Made by a program: the position numbers and the translations under genes
Notes under the pieces: generated by a model
Databases searched by the model: none
The model's input: only the letters and a program-made list of their open reading frames with translations
Told to the model about the DNA's origin: nothing
Shown: positions 18,883-28,798 of the stretch, in pieces
Layout: each line of letters begins with the position of its first letter
Numbering within the stretch: the first letter of the stretch is position 1
Source: Sphaerochaetaceae bacterium
GTDB lineage: Bacteria > Spirochaetota > Spirochaetia > Sphaerochaetales > Sphaerochaetaceae
Reading direction: 5' to 3'
Assembly: GCA_024684115.1 (NCBI GenBank)
Contig: JAIKXP010000082.1
Location: 25,975 to 89,974, forward strand
Length of the DNA stretch: 64,000 nucleotides

Positions 18883-18910
18883 GCGCATCCGGTTTCGGGT
18901 GCGCTTTTTT
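18883..18910 (+). terminator. Intrinsic terminator downstream of the uracil permease
   Basis: GCGCATCC-GGTTTC-GGGTGCGC forms an 8-bp stem followed by TTTTTT. Confidence 0.75.
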
Positions 18911-19015
18911 CATTTCAAAGCCGCAAAGTCTAATGAGAGCGCGGTCCAGACAGATTGGGAAATATTAAAGAATCACGTTAAAAAAAGCATTTTTTAAAAA
19001 ATTACATTCAGGTAC

Positions 19016-19044
19016 TTGCCAAAGATTCTATTCTTTTGTACATT
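19016..19044 (+). promoter_or_regulatory. Candidate promoter TTGCCA-17 nt-TACATT for the tRNA genes
   Basis: Hexamers read directly. The -10 element ends 21 nt before the tRNA-Thr 5' end. Confidence 0.5.
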
Positions 19045-19065
19045 AAACCACGTCGCAAGACAAAT

Positions 19066-19139
19066 GCCACCTTAGCTCAGTTGGCCAGAGCACGTGACTT
19101 GTAATCTCGGGGTCGTCAGTTCGAATCCGACAGGTGGCT
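19066..19139 (+). tRNA. tRNA-Thr (anticodon TGT)
   Basis: Manual cloverleaf: GCCACCT acceptor, GCTCAGTTGGCCAGAGC D-arm, anticodon loop CTTGTAA, T-arm GTCAG-TTCGAAT-CCGAC. CCA is not encoded. Two stem mismatches are noted in the findings. Confidence 0.8.
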
Positions 19140-19143
19140 TAAA

Positions 19144-19172
19144 AGACCTTTCAATTTGAAAGGTCTCTTTTT
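19144..19172 (+). terminator. Perfect 9-bp hairpin plus T tract between the two tRNA genes
   Basis: AGACCTTTC-AATTT-GAAAGGTCT followed by CTTTTT. It ends 1 nt before tRNA-Tyr. Confidence 0.6.
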
Positions 19173-19173
19173 C

Positions 19174-19255
19174 GGAGAGGTTCCCGAGCGGTCAAAGGGG
19201 GCAGACTGTAAATCTGTTGACTAAGTCTTCGAAGGTCCGAATCCTTCTCTCTCCA
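19174..19255 (+). tRNA. tRNA-Tyr (anticodon GTA), class II with a long variable arm
   Basis: GGAGAGG acceptor, CCCGAGCGGTCAAAGGG D-arm, anticodon loop CTGTAAA, long variable arm, T-arm GAAGG-TCCGAAT-CCTTC. Closely parallels E. coli tRNA-Tyr. Confidence 0.85.
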
Positions 19256-19260
19256 ACATT

Positions 19261-19296
19261 AAAGGTCTTCTTTAAACGGAAGACCTTTTTGTTTTT
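19261..19296 (+). terminator. Intrinsic terminator after tRNA-Tyr
   Basis: AAAGGTCTTC-TTTAAACG-GAAGACCTTT followed by TTGTTTTT. Confidence 0.7.
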
Positions 19297-19310
19297 AAGG
19301 ACTCTGGTTT

Positions 19311-19751
19311 ATGGCTTGTTTTTATGAAAAGGGATTGAAATTCACATGTCAGGGCTGCGGTTACTGCTGCAGCAGCGAACCCGGATATGTATTTCTCAGT
19401 GAAACAGACATAAAGACCATGTCAGAAGGCCTTGGACTGAGCCGTGATAAGTTTATAGACACATACTGCAGATATGTGGACATGGGAGCCTTCTACCTTG
19501 TCAGCCTTCTTGAAAAAGAAAACTATGACTGCATTTTCATGAACGGAAAGGGCTGCGGAGCCTACGAATTCAGGCCGCTTCAGTGCAGAACCTATCCCTT
19601 CTGGGCAAACGTCATGGAGAGTCAGGAAACCTGGGATGAAGAGAGCCGTCTGTGCCCCGGCATGAATAAGGGACAGCTTCATACAAAGAATGAAATTAAT
19701 TCGGCTTTAAACAGTAGACTTAAAGCACAACCTTTAGTAATTTTTAAGTAA
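19311..19751 (+). CDS. YkgJ-family cysteine-cluster protein (UPF0153)
   Basis: CQGCGYCC cluster near the N-terminus, with further Cys (CGAY...LQCRTYPFW) typical of the family. Confidence 0.7.
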   Translation: MACFYEKGLKFTCQGCGYCCSSEPGYVFLSETDIKTMSEGLGLSRDKFIDTYCRYVDMGAFYLVSLLEKENYDCIFMNGKGCGAYEFRPLQCRTYPFWANVMESQETWDEESRLCPGMNKGQLHTKNEINSALNSRLKAQPLVIFK

Positions 19752-21553
19752 TGGCAAGGTATTCTGACTCAGCAGTAGAAACAATTAAACAGAGACTTAG
19801 ACTGAGCGAAGTCGTAGGGAGTTACGTCCGTCTTACAAAGCAGGGTAACACCGACGACTATAAAGCCTGCTGTCCGTTCCACAGTGAGAAAACTCCGTCC
19901 TTCCTGGTTCACGACAGGGAAGGCTTCTACAAGTGTTTCGGATGTGGAAAAAGCGGCAGCATGTTCAACTTTGTCATGGAAATGGAGCATGTAAGCTTTC
20001 CTGAAGCACTTAAGATCCTCGCAGAAAAAGCAGGTGTAGAGCTCAAGGTTCAGAACGAGTACGAGAAAAAGGAAAGTGACAGGACAAAGACGGTTCAGGA
20101 CATATACAACAGGATCATGAACAGCTTTCATGCCTACCTCAAAAGCCAGAAAGAAGCATCTTTTGCCAGGGAGTACCTTGCCAGACGTAACATCCTGCCG
20201 CAGACTATAGATAACTTCAAACTGGGCTTTGCAACAGAGGATCCGAAGTGGCTCTATGATTTTCTCAGGAAGAACAACTATTCAGATGAGATTCTAAGGG
20301 AAACGGGTCTGTTCAGCAGAAACTATGAAAACCTTCCTCTTTTCAGAAACAGGGTTCTTTTCCCCATCAGGACATGGCAGGGAAACTGCGTGGCCTTTGG
20401 CGGCAGGGATCTTACCGGAGAGAGCAAGGCAAAGTACATTAATACCCCGGAGACTTCCATATACAGCAAGAGACACAATCTCTTCGGTCTGTACGAGAGC
20501 CTCCCGGAACTGAAGAAGAGGGAAGAGATTATTCTCTGCGAAGGAAACTTTGATGTTATCTCCCTTCACCAGGCAGGTCTTGCATATGCTGCAGCCCCGC
20601 TCGGAACGGCTTTTACCGAAGAGCAGGCCAAGCTGATAAAAAGGTACTGCAGGAAGGTAAATCTTCTCTTTGACTCAGATACTGCAGGAAGAAATGCTAC
20701 CGTTAAGGCGCTGATTATACTGCAGCACAACGGTCTGGAAAGCCGGGTCATCAGACCCTTCCCTGATGACATAAAAGACGCTTCCCAGATGCTTGAGGAA
20801 AGGGGAGCAGAGGAGCTTGCCAGATGCTGTCTAAATACTGAGGGCGGCTTCTCTTATCTTGTACATTCTGCTTTAAAAATGTATGATATACGACAGCCCA
20901 GAGGCAAGTCATCTGTTTTCAAGGAGGTAAAACCTTTTCTTGACGCAACCGAATCAAGAATTGAGCGTCAGGACTATTTTAAATACCTTTCTGATATATT
21001 AAGTGTTCCACAGGAACAGATTGTCAGGGATTATGAAAACCTTACCGGAACCGACAGCAGTAGAGAAAAGGACTCAGAAGAGCCAGTAGCAGCAGTAAGC
21101 GTAATTAAGTCAGGTCCGGAACTACAGTCCATGCTTTTGATACTTAATAATCCTGACTGGTTTAACAGATTCAAGTCGGAGATCAAATTCAATTTTCTCA
21201 GCGACATTCATGCAAGAATGCTTTACACGGTTCTTGAAGATGCGCAGAGGGAAGAGATTGCTTCCAGGGATCTGCTTTTCCAGATGATATCAGATGAGGA
21301 TTTGCGAAATTGTGCTTTTAATTCACTGTCTGATGATGAGTACAGACCAAAAGACATTGAAGGTGCCGTTCACGACGTAATCGTGAATCTGAAGTTAAGG
21401 CGTCTGGAAGAAAAAAGAGCAAACGTTCAGACACTGATTGACACAGCTCAGATGGAGGGATCTTCCAGTGCAGACTTTATTCCGCTCCTTGAGACGGCAA
21501 CGGAACTGGACAGAGAAATAATGAGCCTGAAGGCACAGATAACAGAGGTATGA
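19751..21553 (+). CDS. dnaG: DNA primase
   Basis: CHC2 zinc finger [14 protein letters not shown]...[16 protein letters not shown] region [16 protein letters not shown]...LFDSDTAG. Confidence 0.93.
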   Translation: MARYSDSAVETIKQRLRLSEVVGSYVRLTKQGNTDDYKACCPFHSEKTPSFLVHDREGFYKCFGCGKSGSMFNFVMEMEHVSFPEALKILAEKAGVELKVQNEYEKKESDRTKTVQDIYNRIMNSFHAYLKSQKEASFAREYLARRNILPQTIDNFKLGFATEDPKWLYDFLRKNNYSDEILRETGLFSRNYENLPLFRNRVLFPIRTWQGNCVAFGGRDLTGESKAKYINTPETSIYSKRHNLFGLYESLPELKKREEIILCEGNFDVISLHQAGLAYAAAPLGTAFTEEQAKLIKRYCRKVNLLFDSDTAGRNATVKALIILQHNGLESRVIRPFPDDIKDASQMLEERGAEELARCCLNTEGGFSYLVHSALKMYDIRQPRGKSSVFKEVKPFLDATESRIERQDYFKYLSDILSVPQEQIVRDYENLTGTDSSREKDSEEPVAAVSVIKSGPELQSMLLILNNPDWFNRFKSEIKFNFLSDIHARMLYTVLEDAQREEIASRDLLFQMISDEDLRNCAFNSLSDDEYRPKDIEGAVHDVIVNLKLRRLEEKRANVQTLIDTAQMEGSSSADFIPLLETATELDREIMSLKAQITEV

Positions 21554-21563
21554 AAAAAAACTG

Positions 21564-23564
21564 ATGGAAATTGAAGAGAAAAAGGAAATATTAGAAAGAC
21601 TTATATACTCGGCTAAAAACGAGAACAAATTCACGGCAAGCGACCTTAAAGATGTGCTGGAGAGTCTTCACGTAAATAATGATGAAGACATTGAGTATTT
21701 CAGGTCCCAGCTTGAAAAGATGAATCTCCTCGTAGCAGAAGTCTCAGATGATCTTGATGACTTCCCGGGAAACCCCAGCACCGAAGACATGGAGGAAGCT
21801 GAGGAAGATGATCTTCTTGAATCTTCAGAAGATGATGAAGATGTCCTTCTTCCGGATGATGTTGAACCTACAGATGACGAGCTTTCAACCATAGAAGAAG
21901 ATGAAAAAGACTCAGATGATGAAGAAGATGATTTTGATGAGGAAGAAGAGCAGCTTAATGACAAGTCTTCCTATACAAAAAGCTTCATTCTTGAGAACTT
22001 TGATGAAAATGCTTCAATGGATTCCATTTCCATTTCAGATGAAGACGTTGAACACTCTGTGCACAAGTCTCAGATTCTGAGCATTGATAAGGGAGATGGC
22101 GGTTCAGATGATCCGATCAGACTCTACCTCAGGGAAATAGGAAAGGAAAACCTTCTTACTGCAGAAGAAGAGGTAAACCTCTCAAAGCAGATGGAGGACG
22201 GAGCACTGAGAATCAAGGAAGTCATTAAGACATCCGGAATCATGATTTCATGTTTTGAAAAGATTCTCGTAAAGCTCAATACAAAGTATGAGGAAGCCGA
22301 AGACTTCAACGCAAAGGACCAGAAGGAGCTCATCCAGGAACAGAAGAGATATGCAACCTTCTACAAGGATGCCCTCAAGGAAGTTCAGAGCGCACTGAGA
22401 AACTACGTTGAGCTCAAGCAGAAGAAGCTGGCCTCAGGAGAGGAAATCCTTAAGAATGATGAACTTGTAAAGAAAAAGTCCGGCCTTCTTAAAAAGCTTG
22501 GAAACATTGAGCTTCAGCCGGAAGAAATTACCATGTTCACAGACAAGTTCCTCAAGGCTGAGAAAGATATAATTGAGCTTAAGAACAACCGCCGCGTCAT
22601 AGAGTCCAAGCTCCAGATTAACGGAACAAGGGAAGCAAGACAGCTTGCAAGAGACCTCTCAACTGCAAGCAAGAGACCGATTGTCGAAGAGAAGCTCGGC
22701 ATGTCCCTCGAGACAATCAGGGAACTGACAACAAGCTATCAGAATACATTAAGGCAGATAAGGAACATTGAGTTTGAGTTTGAAGATGACTGTGATGTTA
22801 TTCTTCAGCAGTGCAAGGAGATCAAGGCCGGCATGAGCATGCTCAAGGCAGCCAAGGACCGCCTCATCCAGGCTAACCTCAGACTTGTTGTTTCAATTGC
22901 CAAGAAATACACAAACAGAGGACTTCACTTCTTTGATCTTATCCAGGAAGGGAACATTGGCCTGATTAAGGCCGTTGAGAAGTTCGAGTACAGAAAGGGA
23001 TATAAGTTCTCCACTTATGCTACCTGGTGGATCAGACAGGCCATTACAAGAAGCATAAGCGACCAGGCAAGAACAATCAGGGTTCCTGTCCATATGATTG
23101 AGCAGATCAACAAGGTCGTAAGAGAGCAGAGAGCCCTTATGCAGACGCTGGGTAGAGAACCGACTGACGAGGAGATTGCACACAAACTCGGATGGCCTGT
23201 AAGCAAGGTCAAGACAGTTAAGAATGTTGCAAGAGAACCGATCAGTCTTGAAACTCCTGTCGGAGAGGAAGAGGACTCACTTTTGAGCGACTTCATTGAA
23301 GACAAAGATGTTGAGAACCCGGCAACACAGACTTCATTTGCCCTTCTTCAGGAAGAGCTTAAAGAGGTTCTTTCAACCCTTCCGCCAAGAGAACAGGAGG
23401 TTCTCAAGATGCGTTTCGGTCTTGAAGACGGATACTCATTGACATTGGAAGAAGTTGGGTTGTATTTTGAAGTCACAAGAGAAAGAATCAGACAGATTGA
23501 GGCTAAGGCTCTCAGAAGACTGAGACATCCTAAGAGAGCCAAAAAGCTCAAGGATTATGTATAA
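21564..23564 (+). CDS. rpoD: RNA polymerase sigma factor RpoD (sigma70) with a long acidic N-terminal region
   Basis: Region 2 motifs [38 protein letters not shown]. Region 4 is [31 protein letters not shown]. Confidence 0.95.
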   Translation: MEIEEKKEILERLIYSAKNENKFTASDLKDVLESLHVNNDEDIEYFRSQLEKMNLLVAEVSDDLDDFPGNPSTEDMEEAEEDDLLESSEDDEDVLLPDDVEPTDDELSTIEEDEKDSDDEEDDFDEEEEQLNDKSSYTKSFILENFDENASMDSISISDEDVEHSVHKSQILSIDKGDGGSDDPIRLYLREIGKENLLTAEEEVNLSKQMEDGALRIKEVIKTSGIMISCFEKILVKLNTKYEEAEDFNAKDQKELIQEQKRYATFYKDALKEVQSALRNYVELKQKKLASGEEILKNDELVKKKSGLLKKLGNIELQPEEITMFTDKFLKAEKDIIELKNNRRVIESKLQINGTREARQLARDLSTASKRPIVEEKLGMSLETIRELTTSYQNTLRQIRNIEFEFEDDCDVILQQCKEIKAGMSMLKAAKDRLIQANLRLVVSIAKKYTNRGLHFFDLIQEGNIGLIKAVEKFEYRKGYKFSTYATWWIRQAITRSISDQARTIRVPVHMIEQINKVVREQRALMQTLGREPTDEEIAHKLGWPVSKVKTVKNVAREPISLETPVGEEEDSLLSDFIEDKDVENPATQTSFALLQEELKEVLSTLPPREQEVLKMRFGLEDGYSLTLEEVGLYFEVTRERIRQIEAKALRRLRHPKRAKKLKDYV

Positions 23565-23576
23565 GGTGGAGGCGAA

Positions 23577-24392
23577 ATGACCGTTAATTACGACACACTG
23601 ATTGAACTTCAGAAAGTGCTGGCACAAATGTTCGAAATTGAAGACAAGATCAAGGAAATACCCAGAGATCTTAATGTCAAGGAAGCTGTCCTTCAGAAGA
23701 CAAAGCTTGACTACCTTGAGCTGAGCAACAAATGTGATTCACTTAACAAAGAAGTTGAAAACATCTATAAGAGTTATATTGAAGCCGGTCAGACAAAGGA
23801 AGCCAAGGAGAAGCAGATGGAGCTCACAACTCTCTCAAGAGAGTATGAGAACCTGGCTCAGGAAATTGAGCAGGCAAGAACATCTGAGCAGAATCTCCTG
23901 AAGGTTTACAACACAAGAAAGAAGTATCTTGAAGAAGTTCAGATGAAGCTTCAGATTACTGCAGACGTTGTTGCTTCTCAGACTGAAGAAGTCGAAGAAG
24001 AAACAGAGAAGAAAGATTCTCTCATTGCAGAGCAGAATCAGCTTCTTGAAGAAATTACTGCACAGAAGAATGAGCTTTCCAAAGACCTTTCTGAGGATCT
24101 TCTCTTCAAGTTCGAGAGAATTATCCGCAACAAGGGCGGTGTAGGTGTTGTTCCTATCCACGGAACAATCTGTCAGGGTTGTCATATGGAGCTTCCGCAG
24201 CAGTTCGCAAATGATGTCAGAAAGGATGAAGACATTCATTTCTGCCCGTACTGCAGCCGTATTCTCTACTATGAACCATCTGAAGAAGATGAGAGATTCG
24301 AGTCTTCCGTACATGGAGATACACATACGGAAGAAGATGCAGATGTTGCTTCAGACTTCATCTCATCAGACGAAAACATTTTCGGCGACTGA
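23577..24392 (+). CDS. Coiled-coil protein with a C-terminal C4 zinc ribbon (COG1579 family)
   Basis: Long coiled coil, then CQGCHMELP...HFCPYCSRILY. GGAGG SD upstream. Confidence 0.7.
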   Translation: MTVNYDTLIELQKVLAQMFEIEDKIKEIPRDLNVKEAVLQKTKLDYLELSNKCDSLNKEVENIYKSYIEAGQTKEAKEKQMELTTLSREYENLAQEIEQARTSEQNLLKVYNTRKKYLEEVQMKLQITADVVASQTEEVEEETEKKDSLIAEQNQLLEEITAQKNELSKDLSEDLLFKFERIIRNKGGVGVVPIHGTICQGCHMELPQQFANDVRKDEDIHFCPYCSRILYYEPSEEDERFESSVHGDTHTEEDADVASDFISSDENIFGD

Positions 24393-24400
24393 TTATTATA

Positions 24401-24730
24401 AGGTTTTTCAAGCAATCGCTGGCTGATTATTCAGCTTGAGGAAAGTCCGGGCCACCAGGACAATGATGCCGGCTAACGACCGGGTGCCGTAAGGCAACAG
24501 AAAGTGCAACAGAAAGTATACCGCCGGGTTTCCGGTAAGGGTGAAATGGCGGTGTAAGAGACCACCGGAAGAGCAGTAATGTTCTTCGCATGGCAAACCT
24601 CATCAGTGGCAAGCCCAAGAAGCATGTGGACATGTCCTTCCAATACATGCGGGTAGGGTGCTAGAGCTTTCAGGTAACTGAAAGCCCAGATAGATGATTG
24701 CATAAACAGAACCCGGCTTATGAAAAACCT
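24401..24730 (+). ncRNA. rnpB: RNase P RNA, bacterial type A
   Basis: Conserved blocks GAGGAAAGTCCGGGC, GGTAAGGGTGAAA.GGCGGTGTAAGAGACCACC, AGATAGATGATTGC and ACAGAACCCGGCTTA. A perfect 10-bp P1 helix pairs AGGTTTTTCA (24401-24410) with TGAAAAACCT (24721-24730), followed by T6. Confidence 0.93.
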
Positions 24731-24755
24731 TTTTTTATTATTCAAAGGAGGATTT

Positions 24756-25559
24756 GTGAAGCTTAAGAGATTTTGCATTACAGTCCTCCTTGTTTTTTCT
24801 CTGTCTGTTCTGGTTTCATGCAACAAGGCAGAATCTGCATATAACAGCGGAAAGTACCAGCAGGCCCTGGAGCTTGTTGAAAAAATTGAAAATCCCGGAA
24901 AATCTGATTACTTACTCAAGGCAAAGATTCTTAACGCCATGGGAAGGCAGGAAGATGCAAGAGAAAGCATTCTTCTGTACATGATTCTTGCAGATGACTC
25001 TGATGAGAGGGAATTTGCAGCCAACATGTTCATAGACCTCAAGTTCTCAGATGTTCTGAATGCACTTCTTCTTGAACCCAAAGACGGGGTCAAGGCACAG
25101 ATTACAATCTATAAGGCCTACGCAAACATGGGAGACTATGAGAGGGCTAAAAGCATACTTGCAGACTACCTCTCAACGGCCCTCAGCGTCTCTGACTTCA
25201 TAACCCTGGTAGTAAACTATCCTGTTGAACCGGACTATGTAGTGGCCTTTCTTACAGCCTGGCAGGCAAACCTTTCGGATAATGACAGGGATCACTACCT
25301 TGAACTCATGAATACTTTCTCAACCTATGAGAATCTCACTGAAGAAAGCATAATCGAGGCAATTGAGATTACCGACAAAATGCTCGCAGATGAGTTCTAT
25401 TCTTCTGACAACATCAAGCTCTCAAAGGTTTACAGAATCAGGGCCAGACTGCTTACTGGCATCTATGATATTCAGGATGCTGCAATCTGTCTTGAAGAAG
25501 CATACAGGCTGAATCCGGAAGATGAAGAGTTAAAGGAAATCTTTGCAAATGAAAACTGA
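24756..25559 (+). CDS. TPR-like lipoprotein (hypothetical), GTG start
   Basis: AAGGAGG lies 5 nt before GTG 24756. Signal peptide VKLKRFCITVLLVFSLSVLVSC with lipobox LVSC. The ATG 24720 in the track lies inside rnpB. Confidence 0.6.
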   Translation: MKLKRFCITVLLVFSLSVLVSCNKAESAYNSGKYQQALELVEKIENPGKSDYLLKAKILNAMGRQEDARESILLYMILADDSDEREFAANMFIDLKFSDVLNALLLEPKDGVKAQITIYKAYANMGDYERAKSILADYLSTALSVSDFITLVVNYPVEPDYVVAFLTAWQANLSDNDRDHYLELMNTFSTYENLTEESIIEAIEITDKMLADEFYSSDNIKLSKVYRIRARLLTGIYDIQDAAICLEEAYRLNPEDEELKEIFANEN

Positions 25560-27945
25560 CATATACGATCTCGAGGAAGTTCTTAAACCTGAGCTTCTTG
25601 AAACAGACAACCCTGCAAGATACTTTGGCAGTGAATTCGTTACGGGAAAGAAGGAATATGAAGAAGGCTTTGTTAAGTGTGCCATGTGCTTTCCGGACCT
25701 CTACGAAATAGGAATGTCGAACAATGCCATAAGGATTATCTACGACATAATCAACAGGGTTGACGGAGCCTTCTGTGACAGAGTCTTTGCAGTAACTGAG
25801 GATTTCGAAAAACTTCTCAGGGAGAAAAATGTTCCTCTCTTTACCATAAGGGAGCATTTTCCTCTCTATTCCCTGGACCTTCTTGGTGTTTCCATAGGCT
25901 ATGAACTGTGTGCCACAAACATACTTCAGGTTCTGGACCTTGGCGGAATTGCAATAGACAGAAAAGAGAGGAAGGAGAGCGATCCTGTTGTAATAGCAGG
26001 AGGCCCGGCTTCCACAAACCCGGCTCCTTTCGGCAAGTTCTTTGACTTTGTCTACATAGGGGAAGCAGAGACAGATTTTCCAACAATTATTGAAACCATA
26101 AAGAAATACAAAACAAGAAGCGAAAGAATCTCAGCCCTTAAGGAGATAAAATGCCTCTGGTATGAAGGAAAGAAAGAAGTAACAAAGAGGGCAGTGGACA
26201 CCACTTTCGGAACAAATGATGAAAGTCCGTTCCTCCAGCATGCAGTAGTGCCTTCCTTCCAGGTAGCCCAGGACCACGGTACGGTTGAGATTATGCGCGG
26301 CTGCCCCAACGGGTGCAGATTCTGCCATGCAGGTCAGTACTACAAGCCTTTCAGACAGAGAAACCTTAAGAGGGTTTATGAGCTTGTGAAGCAGAATATT
26401 GACCAGTTCGGCTATGATGAGATTACACTCTCATCCCTTTCTTCCGGAGACTACCCGGACCTTGATTTACTGATCAAGGCTTTAAATACATCTTTCAAAT
26501 CGAGGGGAGTCTCTTTCTCCCTGCCATCCCTCAAGGTCAGTTCCTTCTCCCTTGATATACTTGAGCAGCTTGCTGAAGTTAGAAAAAGCGGTCTTACCTT
26601 TGCAATTGAGACTCCGGACATACTGGACCAGAGGAGTATGAACAAGGAAGTTCCGGTAGAGCAGGTCATAGAGATAATCAGGGAAGCAAAGGCCAGGGGC
26701 TGGAAGCTTGCCAAATTCTACTTCATGACAGGTCTTCCTATTGTTGACAGAAAGACAGAGCAGCAGAGCATAGTGGCCTTCCTTTCCAGAATCAGACAGG
26801 AAACGAAGATCAACATGAACATAAATATTGGTACCTTCATTCCAAAGGCTCATACTTCCTTCCAGTGGGCTCAGCAGATGAGCATGGAGGAGTCATTTGA
26901 GCATCTTAGGAGCATAAAGAGGGCCCTTATGGCAGCAATTCCGGGAATCAAGGTTTCCTATCATGAACCGTCTGTTTCCTACATAGAAGGAATAATTTCA
27001 CGTGGAGACAGTAAGTGTGCAGACCTTATCCTCAAGGCCTACGAATACGGCTGCCGACTTGATGCCTGGTCAGACCATTTCCACCTTGATAAGTGGCAGC
27101 AGGCCATTGAAGATACGCACTACGAATTTAAGAACGGCTTTGAACTTGATGAAGTTCTTCCATGGGACAGCGTTTCCATGAATGTTTCCAAAGCCTTCCT
27201 TAAAAAGGAGTGGCAGAGGGCGCTGGACAGACAGCTTACAAGCACCTGCCATGAGAACTGCAGCCACAACTGCGGCGTATGTGCAGCTAAAGATGTAGAT
27301 GTAATCCGTGCTGACAACAGGGACTTTGAAATTGAAGAGCCTGTGAGGAAGATTCCCGAGAAGTACGAACAGGTAATCTTTACCTATGAGAAAACAGGTA
27401 AGGCACTCTACAGTTCCCACATAGCCGTAATGAGACATTTTGAAATGGCCTTCCAGCGCTCAACCCTGAATGTCCACTATACTCAGGGCTTTAATCCAAA
27501 ACCCAAAATGGAGTTCCTGAATCCTGTTTCCATGGGAGTGAGCGGAAAGAACGAGCTTCTTCTCTCAGAGCTTCCGCTTGATGAGATAAACGACCTGGCA
27601 ATAGAAAAACTTAACTCAGCTCTTTCTGAGGGCTTTAGGGTTAAGGCTATAAGGCACATACCAATGCCGGATACAGGAAAGAAGTATTCTCTTGCAAGCC
27701 ACATGCTGGGCTCCCTTTATACAATTAAAAACATAAAGGATCCTTTTGTTGAGCAGTGTCTGAAAGAAAAGCTTAATGAGAACTCAGAAGACTTCTCAAT
27801 TTCTTACAGTGACGGTACTTACACGGTTAAAACAAAAGGGGAGAAGAACCTTTTCAAGTTGCTTTTCCCCTCTGAACTGAGTAAGTTCCATGTAGCCGGA
27901 AGCTGTAATATTACAAGAGAAGAGATTTATCTCTCTGAATTCTGA
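25549..27945 (+). CDS. Radical SAM protein fused to a DUF2344-type C-terminal domain (TIGR03960/TIGR03936-like), function unknown
   Basis: CPNGCRFCHAGQYY (CxxxCxxC) radical SAM cluster and an N-terminal B12-binding-like region. The C-terminal ~230 aa are as in DUF2344, from memory. Confidence 0.75.
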   Translation: MKTDIYDLEEVLKPELLETDNPARYFGSEFVTGKKEYEEGFVKCAMCFPDLYEIGMSNNAIRIIYDIINRVDGAFCDRVFAVTEDFEKLLREKNVPLFTIREHFPLYSLDLLGVSIGYELCATNILQVLDLGGIAIDRKERKESDPVVIAGGPASTNPAPFGKFFDFVYIGEAETDFPTIIETIKKYKTRSERISALKEIKCLWYEGKKEVTKRAVDTTFGTNDESPFLQHAVVPSFQVAQDHGTVEIMRGCPNGCRFCHAGQYYKPFRQRNLKRVYELVKQNIDQFGYDEITLSSLSSGDYPDLDLLIKALNTSFKSRGVSFSLPSLKVSSFSLDILEQLAEVRKSGLTFAIETPDILDQRSMNKEVPVEQVIEIIREAKARGWKLAKFYFMTGLPIVDRKTEQQSIVAFLSRIRQETKINMNINIGTFIPKAHTSFQWAQQMSMEESFEHLRSIKRALMAAIPGIKVSYHEPSVSYIEGIISRGDSKCADLILKAYEYGCRLDAWSDHFHLDKWQQAIEDTHYEFKNGFELDEVLPWDSVSMNVSKAFLKKEWQRALDRQLTSTCHENCSHNCGVCAAKDVDVIRADNRDFEIEEPVRKIPEKYEQVIFTYEKTGKALYSSHIAVMRHFEMAFQRSTLNVHYTQGFNPKPKMEFLNPVSMGVSGKNELLLSELPLDEINDLAIEKLNSALSEGFRVKAIRHIPMPDTGKKYSLASHMLGSLYTIKNIKDPFVEQCLKEKLNENSEDFSISYSDGTYTVKTKGEKNLFKLLFPSELSKFHVAGSCNITREEIYLSEF

Positions 27946-28757
27946 GTCTCTTTCTTGGCTTTGTTCCAGTAGTCATCCCAGCTCTGAAAATCAAGTTCCT
28001 CAAGGGTTTTTCCGTCCTTAAGTACGCTTGTATACATGCTGTTGAATCTCTTTATGAACTTGTGGTTTGCACTCTGAAGTGCATCTTGCGGTTTTACGTG
28101 CATGTAGCGGCAGAGGTTTACGACTGAGAAGAGTACATCTCCAAGTTCGTCAGTAATCTCTTCAGGAGTCTTTGCATTTTTAACTTCATTAAGCTCTTCG
28201 TTTACCTTGTCAAAGACGCCGTCAAGGTTCTGCCACTCAAAGCCGGCCTTAGCTGCCTTTTTTGAAATCTTGTAGCACCTTTCAAGTTCCGGTGCATTTC
28301 TTTCAATATTATGGAAGAAGTCCTGAGTGTCTTCCTTTCTGCCTTCAACGTCTCTCTTGATTTTCTGCCAGTTCTCAAGAACCTGCGTTGATGTATCGAG
28401 CTTCTGGTCCTTGAATACGTGTGGATGGCGGCGTATGTATTTTTCACATGCGTCATTAAGAGTATCAGTTATCTTAAAATCTCCGTTCTGGTCGTGGATC
28501 TTTGCAAGAAGGAAAAGATTTAAAAATACATCTCCAAGTTCTTCAGAAACGTGGGAGTTATCCTTTTCAGTAAGTGCATCTATATATTCATAGATTTCTC
28601 CCTGCATGGACCTGATTATATCAGAGGGCATCTGTTCCTTATCCCATGGACAGCCATCCTTTGGGTCTCTAAGGCATGTGACAATCTCATAGAGATTCTT
28701 AAAGCAGACATTTACGTCATCAGACTTATTAAGCGTATATTCAATCATAGATTCCAT
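27927..28757 (-). CDS. mazG: Nucleoside triphosphate pyrophosphohydrolase MazG (two MazG domains)
   Basis: CPWDKEQ, EEYEYIDA-like and EELGDVLF motifs, each present twice (ELGDVFLNLFLLA and ELGDVLFSVVNLC). Confidence 0.88.
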   Translation of the reverse strand: MESMIEYTLNKSDDVNVCFKNLYEIVTCLRDPKDGCPWDKEQMPSDIIRSMQGEIYEYIDALTEKDNSHVSEELGDVFLNLFLLAKIHDQNGDFKITDTLNDACEKYIRRHPHVFKDQKLDTSTQVLENWQKIKRDVEGRKEDTQDFFHNIERNAPELERCYKISKKAAKAGFEWQNLDGVFDKVNEELNEVKNAKTPEEITDELGDVLFSVVNLCRYMHVKPQDALQSANHKFIKRFNSMYTSVLKDGKTLEELDFQSWDDYWNKAKKETQNSER

Positions 28758-28798
28758 TATAGAAATTAGAATTATTTTTTCAATAAACCACTCCTCTA

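Noticed and set aside
21730-21965. Asp/Glu-rich repetitive DNA in rpoD, and Pro/Lys/Ala/Gln-rich DNA in infB (51300-51760), considered as tandem repeats.
   Set aside because: These are compositionally biased coding regions, an acidic sigma70 N-terminal insert and the IF-2 N-terminal domain. I could not trace a regular repeat unit.
24408-24826. Three minus-strand ORFs (62, 73 and 117 aa), plus the ATG 24720 start of the next gene.
   Set aside because: They overlap the RNase P RNA, whose conserved blocks and P1 helix explain this sequence. The downstream lipoprotein has a better GTG start with an SD at 24756.
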